Shown here: positions 1-10,226 of the stretch, one piece after another
Layout: each line of letters begins with the position of its first letter
Position numbering within the stretch: position 1 is the first letter of the stretch
From: Owenia fusiformis
Lineage: Eukaryota
Length of the DNA stretch: 64,000 nt
Direction of reading: 5' to 3'
Assembly: GCA_903813345.2 (NCBI GenBank)
Contig: CAIIXF020000001.1
Location: 11,470,001-11,534,000 of the forward strand
The notes under the pieces: model-generated
What the model saw: only the letters and a program-made list of their open reading frames with translations
What the model was told of the DNA's origin: nothing
The model's database searches: none
Position numbers and translations under genes: made by a program

Positions 1-1
1 C

Positions 2-605
2 ATGTATTATACCAGCAGACTAAAAAAGGATGCTGAGGATGTTAAAGAACTCTTTGTCCAAGGATTGAATACATCTACAAAGAACTTTGTAAGGCTCAAA
101 GAACCTGAAAATTTAGAACAAGCTGTTAAGTTCGCAAGGATTCATAGCAACATGCCCCAAGATTCAGCGCCAGAGATGTTAGCAGCCTCGATTAAAATTC
201 TCACGGATAAAGTCGATAAGCTATCCGTTGCTGCAGTCACAGTCGATGCCATGGGTCAACGCTATGCCAACAATAACCAGTTTCCAGTGCAACAAAGTGC
301 CCAAAGACAGCAGAACCAGTATCAACCGCAGAATCAGTACCAACCGCAAAAGCAGTATCAACCGCAGAATCCGTTTCAACAACAGAACCAATTTCCTGGG
401 AATCAACAGTTTACGCAACAACAGAAACGGTATCCCCAACATGACCAACAATTTATGCAGCAAAATTCATCAAGCAGAAACCAGTGTGAGAGGTGCGGTA
501 AGTCAAACCACCTTTCATTAAATTGTTATGCTAGGTTTAAGCAGTGCTTTCAGTGTGGTCGCGGGGGGGCATTATTCATATATGTGTCGAAACGTTGCTA
601 AATGA
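2..605 (+). CDS. gag: Gag C-terminal part (Q-rich linker and zinc knuckles), 5'-truncated by the window
   Basis: CERCGKSNHLSLNC is C-X2-C-X4-H-X4-C. A second knuckle (CFQCGRGGHYSYMC) is restored by removing one G from the G7 run at 563-569, which moves the stop from TAA 599-601 to TGA 603-605. Confidence 0.85.
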
Positions 606-3600
606 GGACTCGCGCCTGTTCCTCATAGGGATGGGCACCTTGAAACTAAAGTTGACAATCAAAAGTTTAAACAAGTGAAAAGTGATAGTGGCAAGGTGGC
701 CATCCCTGCAGTTCAATCAGTCAAGGTTAATTTGCAAAGATCAGTTTCAAACATAATTATTCATACAAACATAGTTGACAATAATATCAAAGCCTTGGTA
801 GATACTGGTGCAGAACAATCCTGTATGAGATTAGCACTCTATGAAAAATTGAACTTGCACAAGAATTGTCCTATCAGTCCAACTAATATTGAGTTATATG
901 GGGCTGGGGGAGAAACTCACAAGCTAGAAGTACTGGGTGTGGCAAATGTTCCTCTAAAATTTGAAGAATTTGAGTACGTTCAACCAATGCATATCCTCAA
1001 AAGTGCAAATCATGATGTAATTTTAGGTGAGGACTTCTTCTCACAAAGTCAAGCACTCATAGACTTCACACAAAAAGTTGTCATTTTACAAAGGGGAGAT
1101 CCTATTAAACATAGTACATATACTACTAATGAACCAAGACTAACAGCATGTGTAAATAATGTAGCTACTGGTAGTGAAGTACAAACATCAGGTATCAATC
1201 TAGAGAAATGTAAATTACCAGAAGGGGAAAAGGCAGAATTGATAACTTTCATTGATAAAAATAAAGATGTCTTTTCTCAAAACATGAATGAGCTAGGCTG
1301 TGCAAATAGTACATATGAGCATGTTATAAGAACAAAATCAGATAAGCCAGTCCAGCAAAGATTCTATAGGTATTCTCAAGAACAGAAAAATGAAATTGAC
1401 AAACAATGTGACCAAATGTTAGAATATGGCATAATTGAACATTCTGTGTCAGAATATGCTAGCCCTGTTGTGTTAGTGAAAAAGAAGTCAAATGAGTACA
1501 GGTTAGCAATAGACTACAGAAGGCTCAATAAAAACACAGAAGCAATTCATTACCCTCTTCCACAATTAAATGACATTATAGATTGCATAGCGCATTCAAA
1601 AGCAACAATATTTTCAGTTTTGGACATGCATAGTGGGTTTTGGCAATTACCTCTTAGTGAAACCTCAAAGCATAAAACAGCATTTGTAACCCACAAGGGC
1701 AAATTTCAGTTCAACAGAATGCCTTTTGGCCTCAAAAATGCACCAATGTCATTTCAGAGGGTCATGAATGATGTTTTGAAAGGTCTTACATGGGACTTTG
1801 TGTTGGTTTACTGTGATGACATAATTGTTTTCAGTAAAGACATGAAAGAGCATTTAAACCATTTAGACCAGGTATTCACAAGACTTAGAAAAGCAAATTT
1901 GAAGCTTAAACCCTCAAAATGTAAACTAGCACTGGAAAAGGTTGTTTATTTGGGTTTTGTCTTCACCAAAGAAGGTATAACAGTAGACAATGAAAAGATC
2001 AAGGCAATTCTATCATACCCACAACCTACAAATGTCACAGAGGTAAGGGCATATTTGGGACTTTGTAACTTTTACCGCAGATTTGTTAAGGGTTTTAGTA
2101 ACATAGTAGCCCCACTAAACAATCTTATGCGAAAAAATGTCGAGTTTGTTTGGGATGAACAATGTGAAAATGCATTTCAAGAATCAAAAATTATGTTGAC
2201 TACAGAACCAGTGTTAGTATATCCTGACTTACAAAAGCCGTTCATTATATCATGTGACGCTTCAGGTACAGCTATTGGTTACATATTAGGTCAAATAGAC
2301 GAACAAGGGAGAGAGAGAGCAGTTAGCTATGGAGGTAGGTCACTCTCAACAGGAGAGAGAAAGTGGTCCATTACTGAGAGAGAATGCCTTGCTTTAATTG
2401 AAGCAATCAATGAATACCACATATACATAGCAAATGCACATTTTATAGTTTACACTGATCACATCTCATTAAAGTACCTGCAATCAATTAAAGATCATAC
2501 AGGTAGGCTAGGTAGGTGGTCAATCAAACTTCAAGCATATGATTTCACCATTGAGTTCAGGTGTGGCAAATCAAACTCAAATGCAGATGCATTAAGCCGG
2601 AGACCATATGAAGTAAATGAATGTAAACAAATGTGTCAACAAACCACAACAATACAAACAGAGGACTCAGGTATTACACAAGACAACTGCACTGATGAAT
2701 GGGTAGCTTATAGTATTCCAAGCCCTACTACAATGCAAACAGGTAATATAGGGTCAGAAGGTCAAAATGTTAAGTGTCCAATAAGTGAATCAAAACAACA
2801 AACAGGTATGTGTAGTGACCTAAGTGCCCTAAGTTCAATATGTGAAATTACTCAATCATCAAATGAGGTGTTTCAAAATAAACAAAGACAAGATCCCCAA
2901 CTGCAAATATACATAAAGTATTTAGAGCAAGATGAGTTACCAGACAAAGAGAACTTAGCAAGAAAGGTAATACTTGAAAGTCAGGATTTTCTTATCAAAG
3001 ATGGTATTCTATATCATATGTATTATCCAAGGGGAAAGGGTCATAAATCAGACAGAGTTGTAATACAATTAGCAATACCACAACAATTGAGAGAGGATGT
3101 TCTACAGTGTTATCATGACTCCTTAATGGGAGGGCATCAAGGTCAAGATAGGACATACAACACAATCAGGTACAAATATTACTGGCCAAAAATGTATTCT
3201 GACATAGAGAAATATGTAAAATCATGTGAAATTTGTCAACAATCAAAAAGGTATCATGGCCAGAGAGCACCCTTACAACCATTACCAACAGGAAGTCTAT
3301 TCAGTCGTGTCCACATGGATATACTAGGACCTATACACAAGGTAAATGGATTTCAGTACATTCTTTTGATTGTAGACTCATTTTCGAAGTGGCCAGAAGC
3401 GGTAGCCTTGAAATCTATAGAGGCAACAGAGGTAGCCAGGGTATTGTTTACAGAATTCATATGTAGATATGGTTCCATGAAGACTTTAATCACAGATAGA
3501 GGCCAGAATTTCATGTCAAAAGTTATTCAAGAATTGTGTAGAATGTTTGGTATTGAACACAGGGCCACCTCAAGTTATCACCCTGAGACCAATTCAAGCT

Positions 3601-4454
3601 GCGAAAGGATGAACAGTACAATCAATCAAGCATTTAGGTGTTTTGTTGATAAACAACAATCTAATTGGCCACAACTTCTACCAGGTATTTTAGCCTCTCA
3701 TAGGTTTTCACCAGCAACTGAGTCAACTGGGTATTCCCCTTACTATTTGCTGTATGGTAAGGAACCCCTTATGCCACTAGATACTATGGTACCAGTAAGT
3801 ATGGGACATAGTACAGTCACAGACAGACTACAAGATATACAGACTAACTTAGAGGTAGCAAGGGATATAGCTAAAGAGAATCAAGAAGCTGCAAAGATAA
3901 AGACTAAAACCCAACATGATAAAAAGGCGAAACTACCACAGTTCAAGGTAGGTGATAGAGTATGGTTACATGTGCCTAAAACTCCAACAGGTCTAACACC
4001 TAAACATTGTAGAAAATATCATGGTCCATATTACATTGTAAGGGCTAATGCTAACATGACATACAAACTAATAAGGTGTAGTGATGATCGTTTATTGAGA
4101 TCTTTGGTACATGCAAATAGATTGAAGCCTTATGTAGATCCAGAGACAAGACCAACAAATATACCAAGAGTTCAACAGGGACAGGTATTACAGGATGACA
4201 ATCATATTGATCAAGGTAGTAGTAGTATTAGTGATAGTAGTAGTGAAAGTGATCAGCAGCCACCTCAGGTACAAGAAGTTGAGCGACTCTTGGCATGTGG
4301 TAAACACAATGGAAAAAAGTGTTATAAGGTGAAGTGGCGTAATGAGAAAAAGAGTACATGGGAGTATGAAGAAAATATTCCAAGAAATTTAATAAGGGAA
4401 TACCATATCACCAAAACAAACACTGGTAAAGTAAGGAAAAGGAAAACTAGATAA
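606..4454 (+). CDS. pol: Pol polyprotein: protease, reverse transcriptase, RNase H, integrase, chromodomain-like tail
   Basis: Motifs LVDTGA (PR), VYCDDII (RT), SCDASG and YTDHISL (RNase H), HDSLMGGH...CEIC plus HMDILGP, ITDRG and GPY (IN). The frame is open from 606, directly after TGA 603-605; the ORF-track start at 675 is only a GTG. Confidence 0.95.
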   Translation, partial: GLAPVPHRDGHLETKVDNQKFKQVKSDSGKVAIPAVQSVKVNLQRSVSNIIIHTNIVDNNIKALVDTGAEQSCMRLALYEKLNLHKNCPISPTNIELYGAGGETHKLEVLGVANVPLKFEEFEYVQPMHILKSANHDVILGEDFFSQSQALIDFTQKVVILQRGDPIKHSTYTTNEPRLTACVNNVATGSEVQTSGINLEKCKLPEGEKAELITFIDKNKDVFSQNMNELGCANSTYEHVIRTKSDKPVQQRFYRYSQEQKNEIDKQCDQMLEYGIIEHSVSEYASPVVLVKKKSNEYRLAIDYRRLNKNTEAIHYPLPQLNDIIDCIAHSKATIFSVLDMHSGFWQLPLSETSKHKTAFVTHKGKFQFNRMPFGLKNAPMSFQRVMNDVLKGLTWDFVLVYCDDIIVFSKDMKEHLNHLDQVFTRLRKANLKLKPSKCKLALEKVVYLGFVFTKEGITVDNEKIKAILSYPQPTNVTEVRAYLGLCNFYRRFVKGFSNIVAPLNNLMRKNVEFVWDEQCENAFQESKIMLTTEPVLVYPDLQKPFIISCDASGTAIGYILGQIDEQGRERAVSYGGRSLSTGERKWSITERECLALIEAINEYHIYIANAHFIVYTDHISLKYLQSIKDHTGRLGRWSIKLQAYDFTIEFRCGKSNSNADALSRRPYEVNECKQMCQQTTTIQTEDSGITQDNCTDEWVAYSIPSPTTMQTGNIGSEGQNVKCPISESKQQTGMCSDLSALSSICEITQSSNEVFQNKQRQDPQLQIYIKYLEQDELPDKENLARKVILESQDFLIKDGILYHMYYPRGKGHKSDRVVIQLAIPQQLREDVLQCYHDSLMGGHQGQDRTYNTIRYKYYWPKMYSDIEKYVKSCEICQQSKRYHGQRAPLQPLPTGSLFSRVHMDILGPIHKVNGFQYILLIVDSFSKWPEAVALKSIEATEVARVLFTEFICRYGSMKTLITDRGQNFMSKVIQELCRMFGIEHRATSSYHPETNSSCERMNSTINQAFRCFVDKQQSNWPQLLPGILASHRFSPATESTGYSPYYLLYGKEPLMPLDTMVPVSMGHSTVTDRLQDIQTNLEVARDIAKENQEAAKIKTKTQHDKKAKLPQFKVGDRVWLHVPKTPTGLTPKHCRKYHGPYYIVRANANMTYKLIRCSDDRLLRSLVHANRLKPYVDPETRPTNIPRVQQGQVLQDDNHIDQGSSSISDSSSESDQQPPQVQEVERLLACGKHNGKKCYKVKWRNEKKSTWEYEENIPRNLIREYHITKTNTGKVRKRKTR

Positions 4455-6483
4455 GAAAGCAAATCGATACATCATGCATGCATTTGAGTCCCATATTAGT
4501 TAGTTGTTTGAGTAAGTACATGTAGGCATTATATGATGTATGATATGGTATTGTAAAGAAACTATAGCAGTTTATTGTTTGATATATTCTATGGTACAAG
4601 TATACAGCACAGGTGAGGTATAAGAGATGATGCTATTAAATTAAGGTAAGGGTATCAGGTGTAAATGTAAAGATAAAAGAGTATTAAGTGAGAAATAATA
4701 AAGTAAATGAAATGTAATAAAGCAAGTGAAATGATAATAAAGCAAGTGAAAAATAAAGAGAATATCTGGTTCCAATCAAGAGGATTAAAACACAGGTCTA
4801 CTTAATGTACAGGTAGATCTGCGGATCCCAGGAAGATCAAACCTTAAAGAAAAGGTTAACCTAGGACAACGTGCGACCTAGTCTGAGTTATCTTATGGCT
4901 AAAACCCCACATTACAAATGCAGTAATAAGACGTTGTTATCTGTGTATGTAATTGTGTAGCCAGTGTCTTAACGTCTAATTAAAGGGGCAGGTAGTGGCT
5001 CACGAATGCGGCAACCCCACCTTGCTGTCATTTATACAGTAAGGTAAGTCCAAGTTCTGACATAAGCACGTAGTACATATAGTGTGTAGAAGTGTTAGTT
5101 AGAATAACATATGTAGTTCAAGTGAAAGTAAAACAAATGTAGTCCAAGTGAAAGTGAAAGAAATGTAGTTCAAGTGAAATCCTAAGGAAAAAGGATAAGA
5201 TATAGTGAGCCAAAATAAAAGTGTCAATATTGCATGGCCAACCCTGCTAATATTTTTAGATGTCTTAACCTGTAAACTAATAAAGTGTTAGGATTATTTA
5301 CTAATATTTAGTATAGTGCCTTCTGGTAAATATAGTTACTGGGTGCAAACTACTTCCTGGGAGCTAGACACTAATTGGGATAATTGGGACCAGTTAATTT
5401 GAGAATGACAACTTATAATAATCTTAATTGTTCAAAATATATAATTAATTAATCCTAAATTGAATATCTATGTACAACTTAAATTGAATTCATGGACTGC
5501 TACAGTCAGTTTACATTGTTTAAGAAGTTCAATTGCAAGGGATTATTTGCCTTACTTCTCTTATACTTCATCAATGTGAGTTTCTCATTATTATTTAAAT
5601 GTGCCAGACAAAGGTCATATACCAAAGCATTATGGTAGAGATAAAGTTTGCACAAACAATTATGATGTGCATCATTAACAGTGTTTATAAACAAAACTTA
5701 GTAGAAAGGTAGGATTTAGTGCAAGTTACTTTTAACTAGATATGGTTATAATAGGCCATAAAAGATTTTTTTTCTCATGTACATATGATTGTAATTTTTA
5801 ACTCAAGAAAATACAGGATTGGATTGTGCCAAGTTGATAAGTTTTTACTGGCAACAGAATCATACGCGTAAAATTCTGTGCTGGTGCATAATGAGTGATC
5901 AATTACCTTTGTTGGTTGTTAATTGCAGTTTGGGTATTTTCAAAAAGAAATTGTCCTGTTTATAATTGTTTTATTGAGTTTAATAATTATTATGGTAGTT
6001 TATGATGATTTTAGTTAGATAAACAGTATGTAAATTGTAAAGTAGAGTATACAAATAGGTGTTTAAAAAAAAATATATATATATGCGACCACTCTGAACA
6101 CTAAATTGCTTAAAATAAGAATTGCTAGCAGACAATTTGAAAGTTGGTAGACTTATGGCCTCAAAAATTATGGAGGAGTTATTAATCTTCTAATATGATG
6201 AATTTCTTGATTAATGAAAATTATGCTGAATTATATTAACTCTGATAGTGCAACAACTACTATTATAAACAATGTGACTTTACTTCAGGAAGGAAGGACA
6301 ATATGACACTCCTCATCTCCAGGCGATGACATCAACATTGGACGATGACATCAACGTTGGACGTTGATATAACATTTTAACATATTTTATACTTTGATAG
6401 AATTTAACATTACAGGTTATATATTTTTAACTTGGACTGATTAAACGGAGTGATTTTCATTTAGAATGCGGGACGCATTCTTT

Positions 6484-6497
6484 GGAGGAGAAGCAAA
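6484..6497 (+). other. Polypurine tract of the Gypsy element
   Basis: GGAGGAGAAGCAAA lies immediately before TGT at 6498 and is preceded by the hairpin AGAATGCG-gga-CGCATTCT. Confidence 0.75.
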
Positions 6498-7136
6498 TGT
6501 GACGGAGTGATTTTCATGTTGTATTTTATAATTAATATCTTATACTTTTACTTTGTTTTTACTTTGTAAATTAATTAATGGAAACATGATACAAAAAGCA
6601 TTTAGATAAACAACAGGTCCTGTAGTACACCTGGGATATCTCTGGTCAGTTTCTCACATTAAATATGCAATCATTACAATTGTTCAGAGCATCTTCAGAC
6701 TTACAAATGTTTCTTTAATTTACATTTAATTTACATTTCTATATCTTGGATTCTAATTAGGATTTGAAGCAGTCTTCCTATTGTTAAACTTTTTACATAA
6801 CAGATTTGAAGTGATCATGTGATGTCTGGTTTTGAAGAATATACTATATGCCATGTGAGATTTGGGTCACTTTTCGGCCTAGACTTCAAAAAGACATAAC
6901 TAGATTTAGCAGTAGATTAGAAGTGAAAACAAGTGAAATAAATAAAAGATAGAAATTAAAACATCACACTATTGTGTAGAATTAATATAAAGAGAGCCCG
7001 GTCATAATATATTCAGTGTGTTTGATTCAAATTATTGGGTCTGTTGCAAATTGATATTTTACTGAATACAGCATAAAATTGAGCTAAACTGAAAAGAATA
7101 AGAACAAACTAGTGGCTCGTATATGTGAGCGTGACA
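6498..7136 (+). repeat. 3' LTR (~640 bp)
   Basis: Starts TGTGACG right after the PPT and ends CGTGACA (inverted termini, 1 mismatch), with AATAAA near 6937. The 5' LTR is not in the window, so the right boundary is unconfirmed. Confidence 0.7.
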
Positions 7137-7959
7137 TTAAATCTAAAATACGGCCAGCCGAAATTGACAGGTTTTAGGTTTAAGAGTTTTATGATAAATG
7201 AATGCGATTGAATTGAAGAAGAAGGAACGTCATAAAAACAAATACCAACCATTTATATAAATGTTTCATTATTTTAGCATATTTTGTTTTAAATTTCATT
7301 TTACTATATCAATATTTGCTTCTATAACAGTAATGTTGATTTGTTATTCAGCTATGCAATGAAAACATAGTTGAAAAGTTGGCATCTGCAGCTATTGAAT
7401 GTTCAACTGAACAAAAGTGTCAATTATTTTACAACTCAAATATCTTAATTAATATGTTACCATTCAAAACTTACATAAATTGGGAAACTGTCACTGTAAA
7501 CTTTGTTTATATTTCTAAATATTTTATAGCATATTTATTAATGAATCAGATACCGGTATATATTTCTACATACAATTTCTGATTTGCAGTTAAAATGAAC
7601 AACGCTGAATAATTTTAAATTTTAATATTTTTAAAGCCGTGTGAAATAATTCAAGCATTGCAGTTAAAATTTATGGATTTGCAGATTTGAACAACACTGA
7701 ATAATTATGAATTGTAATTTCGTAAAATCGTAAAGATCGTCAAGTATAACAATTGGAATTTCATGTGTCAACTATTTTTCTCATCAGAATAATATTATAA
7801 TATCTGACGTTTCTAGAAGCTGAGAAATTTGAGACATACGTAACTCAAAAATATCAAACTGTCACCTGTTTTTTCAATGTCAGGTCAATGACATGTTAAT
7901 ACTGATGGTACAAGTGAAGATGATACGTGACGACATCAACACATTTTATAGTCTTATTC

Positions 7960-8158
7960 CAGGCCTGTAGCCAGGATTTACCTGGGGGGAGCAGTTTTAC
8001 CAAGGGAGGAGTTTTTGCCAAGGGGGCAGCTTTTTGACAGTTTTGGCAAAAACTCATGCGAAAAGTGCTCAGAATGGTGAAAAACTGCATGATTTTGAAA
8101 GAATTTCTGACCAGGGGGGAGCAGCTGCTCCTTTCGCTCCCCCCTGGCTATGGGCCTG
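7960..8158. mobile_element. MITE with CAGGCC...GGCCTG termini and 5-bp TSD
   Basis: TIRs CAGGCCTGTAGCCAGG / CCTGGCTATGGGCCTG, flanked by TATTC on both sides. Confidence 0.8.
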
Positions 8159-10180
8159 TATTCTGATAACATTAGATTCAGACAAATTCTTAGTGATCTC
8201 TTTGGTGAATCATGTGCCAAAATGATAAGATCCTTTCACCTTATTAAAAGTCCCCGATAACATTGATTCTTTTAGCAAAATATTAGTTCAGTCTCAAAGT
8301 GTCACTAGATTTCGGAAATATTCTCCCATTAATTTCTTGGAAAAATATTGGAATATTTGCCACCGCTTGGGGCAGAATTTTCAATCGAACACACTCTGGC
8401 ACTAAGAATTCAGATTGGATTTATCCGGCAGTTTTTAATTGATCACTACGTTGTGTTATTCTTTGTAATGTTGCCATATTTAATCTGATCATTTGTTCAG
8501 TAATCTGAACCACAGCTTGTGTTATTTTTTCATCTATGTGTAGGTCTCTAAGTGAGGAGGGGGTCAGATTTCTATGTGAAGAGCTGTCTAGATGGGTGTA
8601 TATGTAATGATAAGTGGCCCTAGAGGAAATCTAACACCCCTCCTTCTACACAGAGAGCAAACAATAAATACTAAGCACAATGTATCAGTTCTTTGATTAC
8701 AGCACTCTTACCAACAGCAAGCATACGCGGGATCTACATAGCTATTCCATTAGAAATAGAATGTCACCTTTGAAAATACAAAGTTAAATGTGTATTCTGC
8801 TTGTTGTCACACTTACCAACATTTGTTTGTACATGTGTAGAGAGAGAGATTCTGCCATGTTCTTGCCACGTCAGATCATGGTGACATTAAATGTAAAATT
8901 TTATTTCAACACCAAGTTGTAACATATTCTTATTGCCACCATTTTTTGTGAACAGCATTCTGTGTCTCTTAACAGCAGTTGGTGTTTGCATTGATGTCTG
9001 TAACAATTCTGTAACAACTGTTACACTTTTGTAACCATTTTCAGGTTGTGACATTTTGCTTTTAACCTTGGGGCAATGGATTATGTGATAAACACTATCT
9101 GAAATATGATAATATATCAATATACTAAGTTTGTACTTTTGATTTATGGAAAAAAAATTCTGAATTTTTCTCAAGATCGATTATGATGTCAGACAAATAA
9201 AAGATGCTGGTTAAATTGCTGCCTAATTGCTTGACTGACACCCAATAAAATCACTTGGTCTTTAAAAGGCTATACAATCTGTCACAACATAATTAACGTT
9301 AATTTATAGTTGTAAAACTTTTTATAATATTTAACCATTTTGAAAACTTCAGAGAAAACAATTATTCTTTTGAATTGAAACTAACTTTATGTGTGTGATA
9401 TTGAGTGGGGTACAAAAGTTCCCGCTGAGGATGTTGTACTAAAACACAGACTCTCTCGTGAAGATTTGATAAATGGAATCGCTGTAACAGATGGCAAACA
9501 GGACCATGAAGGTAAGCTTGAGGGGTACAATAGCCACTCCACCTTAGTGACAGTACACCAATTCCCATACAGTTGCCAATCGACTTAAAGAACAATTCAA
9601 CAACTATTTACATTAAAGAACGCTATGATTATTATAAACTTACAATCAAGTGAAAGCGTTTGGAAAATCATAGGTTAAGATAGAGGATTAATCTGTCTCC
9701 CCGATTTTATTCAATTGGACTTTTTTTGCTTCGAGTGTTTAGTTTGATCAACTAATCATAAATGTACTATTCAAAGATTGAAGAAATAAGTTTTCAATGA
9801 CAGCCGGTGAGTGAAGTAATAATATTTTAATAGAGCAATACCTCGCATTTTATTTCAATACAAAAGAGGAAATTCTTTATGTTTCAATAGAAAACTTCTG
9901 ATTTTTAACACACAGGGATACAGTCTGGCTGTATTGATCTATTTAATGTTACAGAATAAATTGTAATATCTTCTGCAGTCAATATCAAAGCTGAATATTT
10001 AATGATTATGTTGAGTTGAAAAGTGCAAAGTTTTCTATGGGAGTATAGAAACGTGTGGCAGACATGGTCATGTGGCGCCATGTCCCCTACCCCCTAGGAT
10101 CCGACCCATGCTTCAGTGGATCCTGAGGAGATATCACTGCTACCCAGACCCTTTATGAAATTATTGATTTTTACTTTGGA

Positions 10181-10226
10181 AATCAATCAATCAATCAACC
10201 AATCAACCAACCAATCAACAACCAAT
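10181..10226. repeat. (AATC/AACC)n microsatellite
   Basis: aatcaatcaatcaatcaaccaatcaaccaaccaatc read directly. Confidence 0.8.

Larger units (their letters stand above)
1..7136 (+). mobile_element. Ty3/Gypsy LTR retrotransposon, 5' end outside the window
   Basis: gag with CCHC knuckle followed by pol in PR-RT-RH-IN order (Gypsy order), then a purine-rich tract and a TG...CA-bounded LTR. Confidence 0.95.

Noticed and set aside
4800-5045. Possible ribozyme or env exon in the Gypsy 3' region
   Set aside because: Only short inverted repeats; no full ribozyme consensus and no ORF.
9391-9588. 65-aa ORF containing a GTAAG donor-like site
   Set aside because: No recognisable similarity, no clear acceptor, and not ZNG1-like in any frame.
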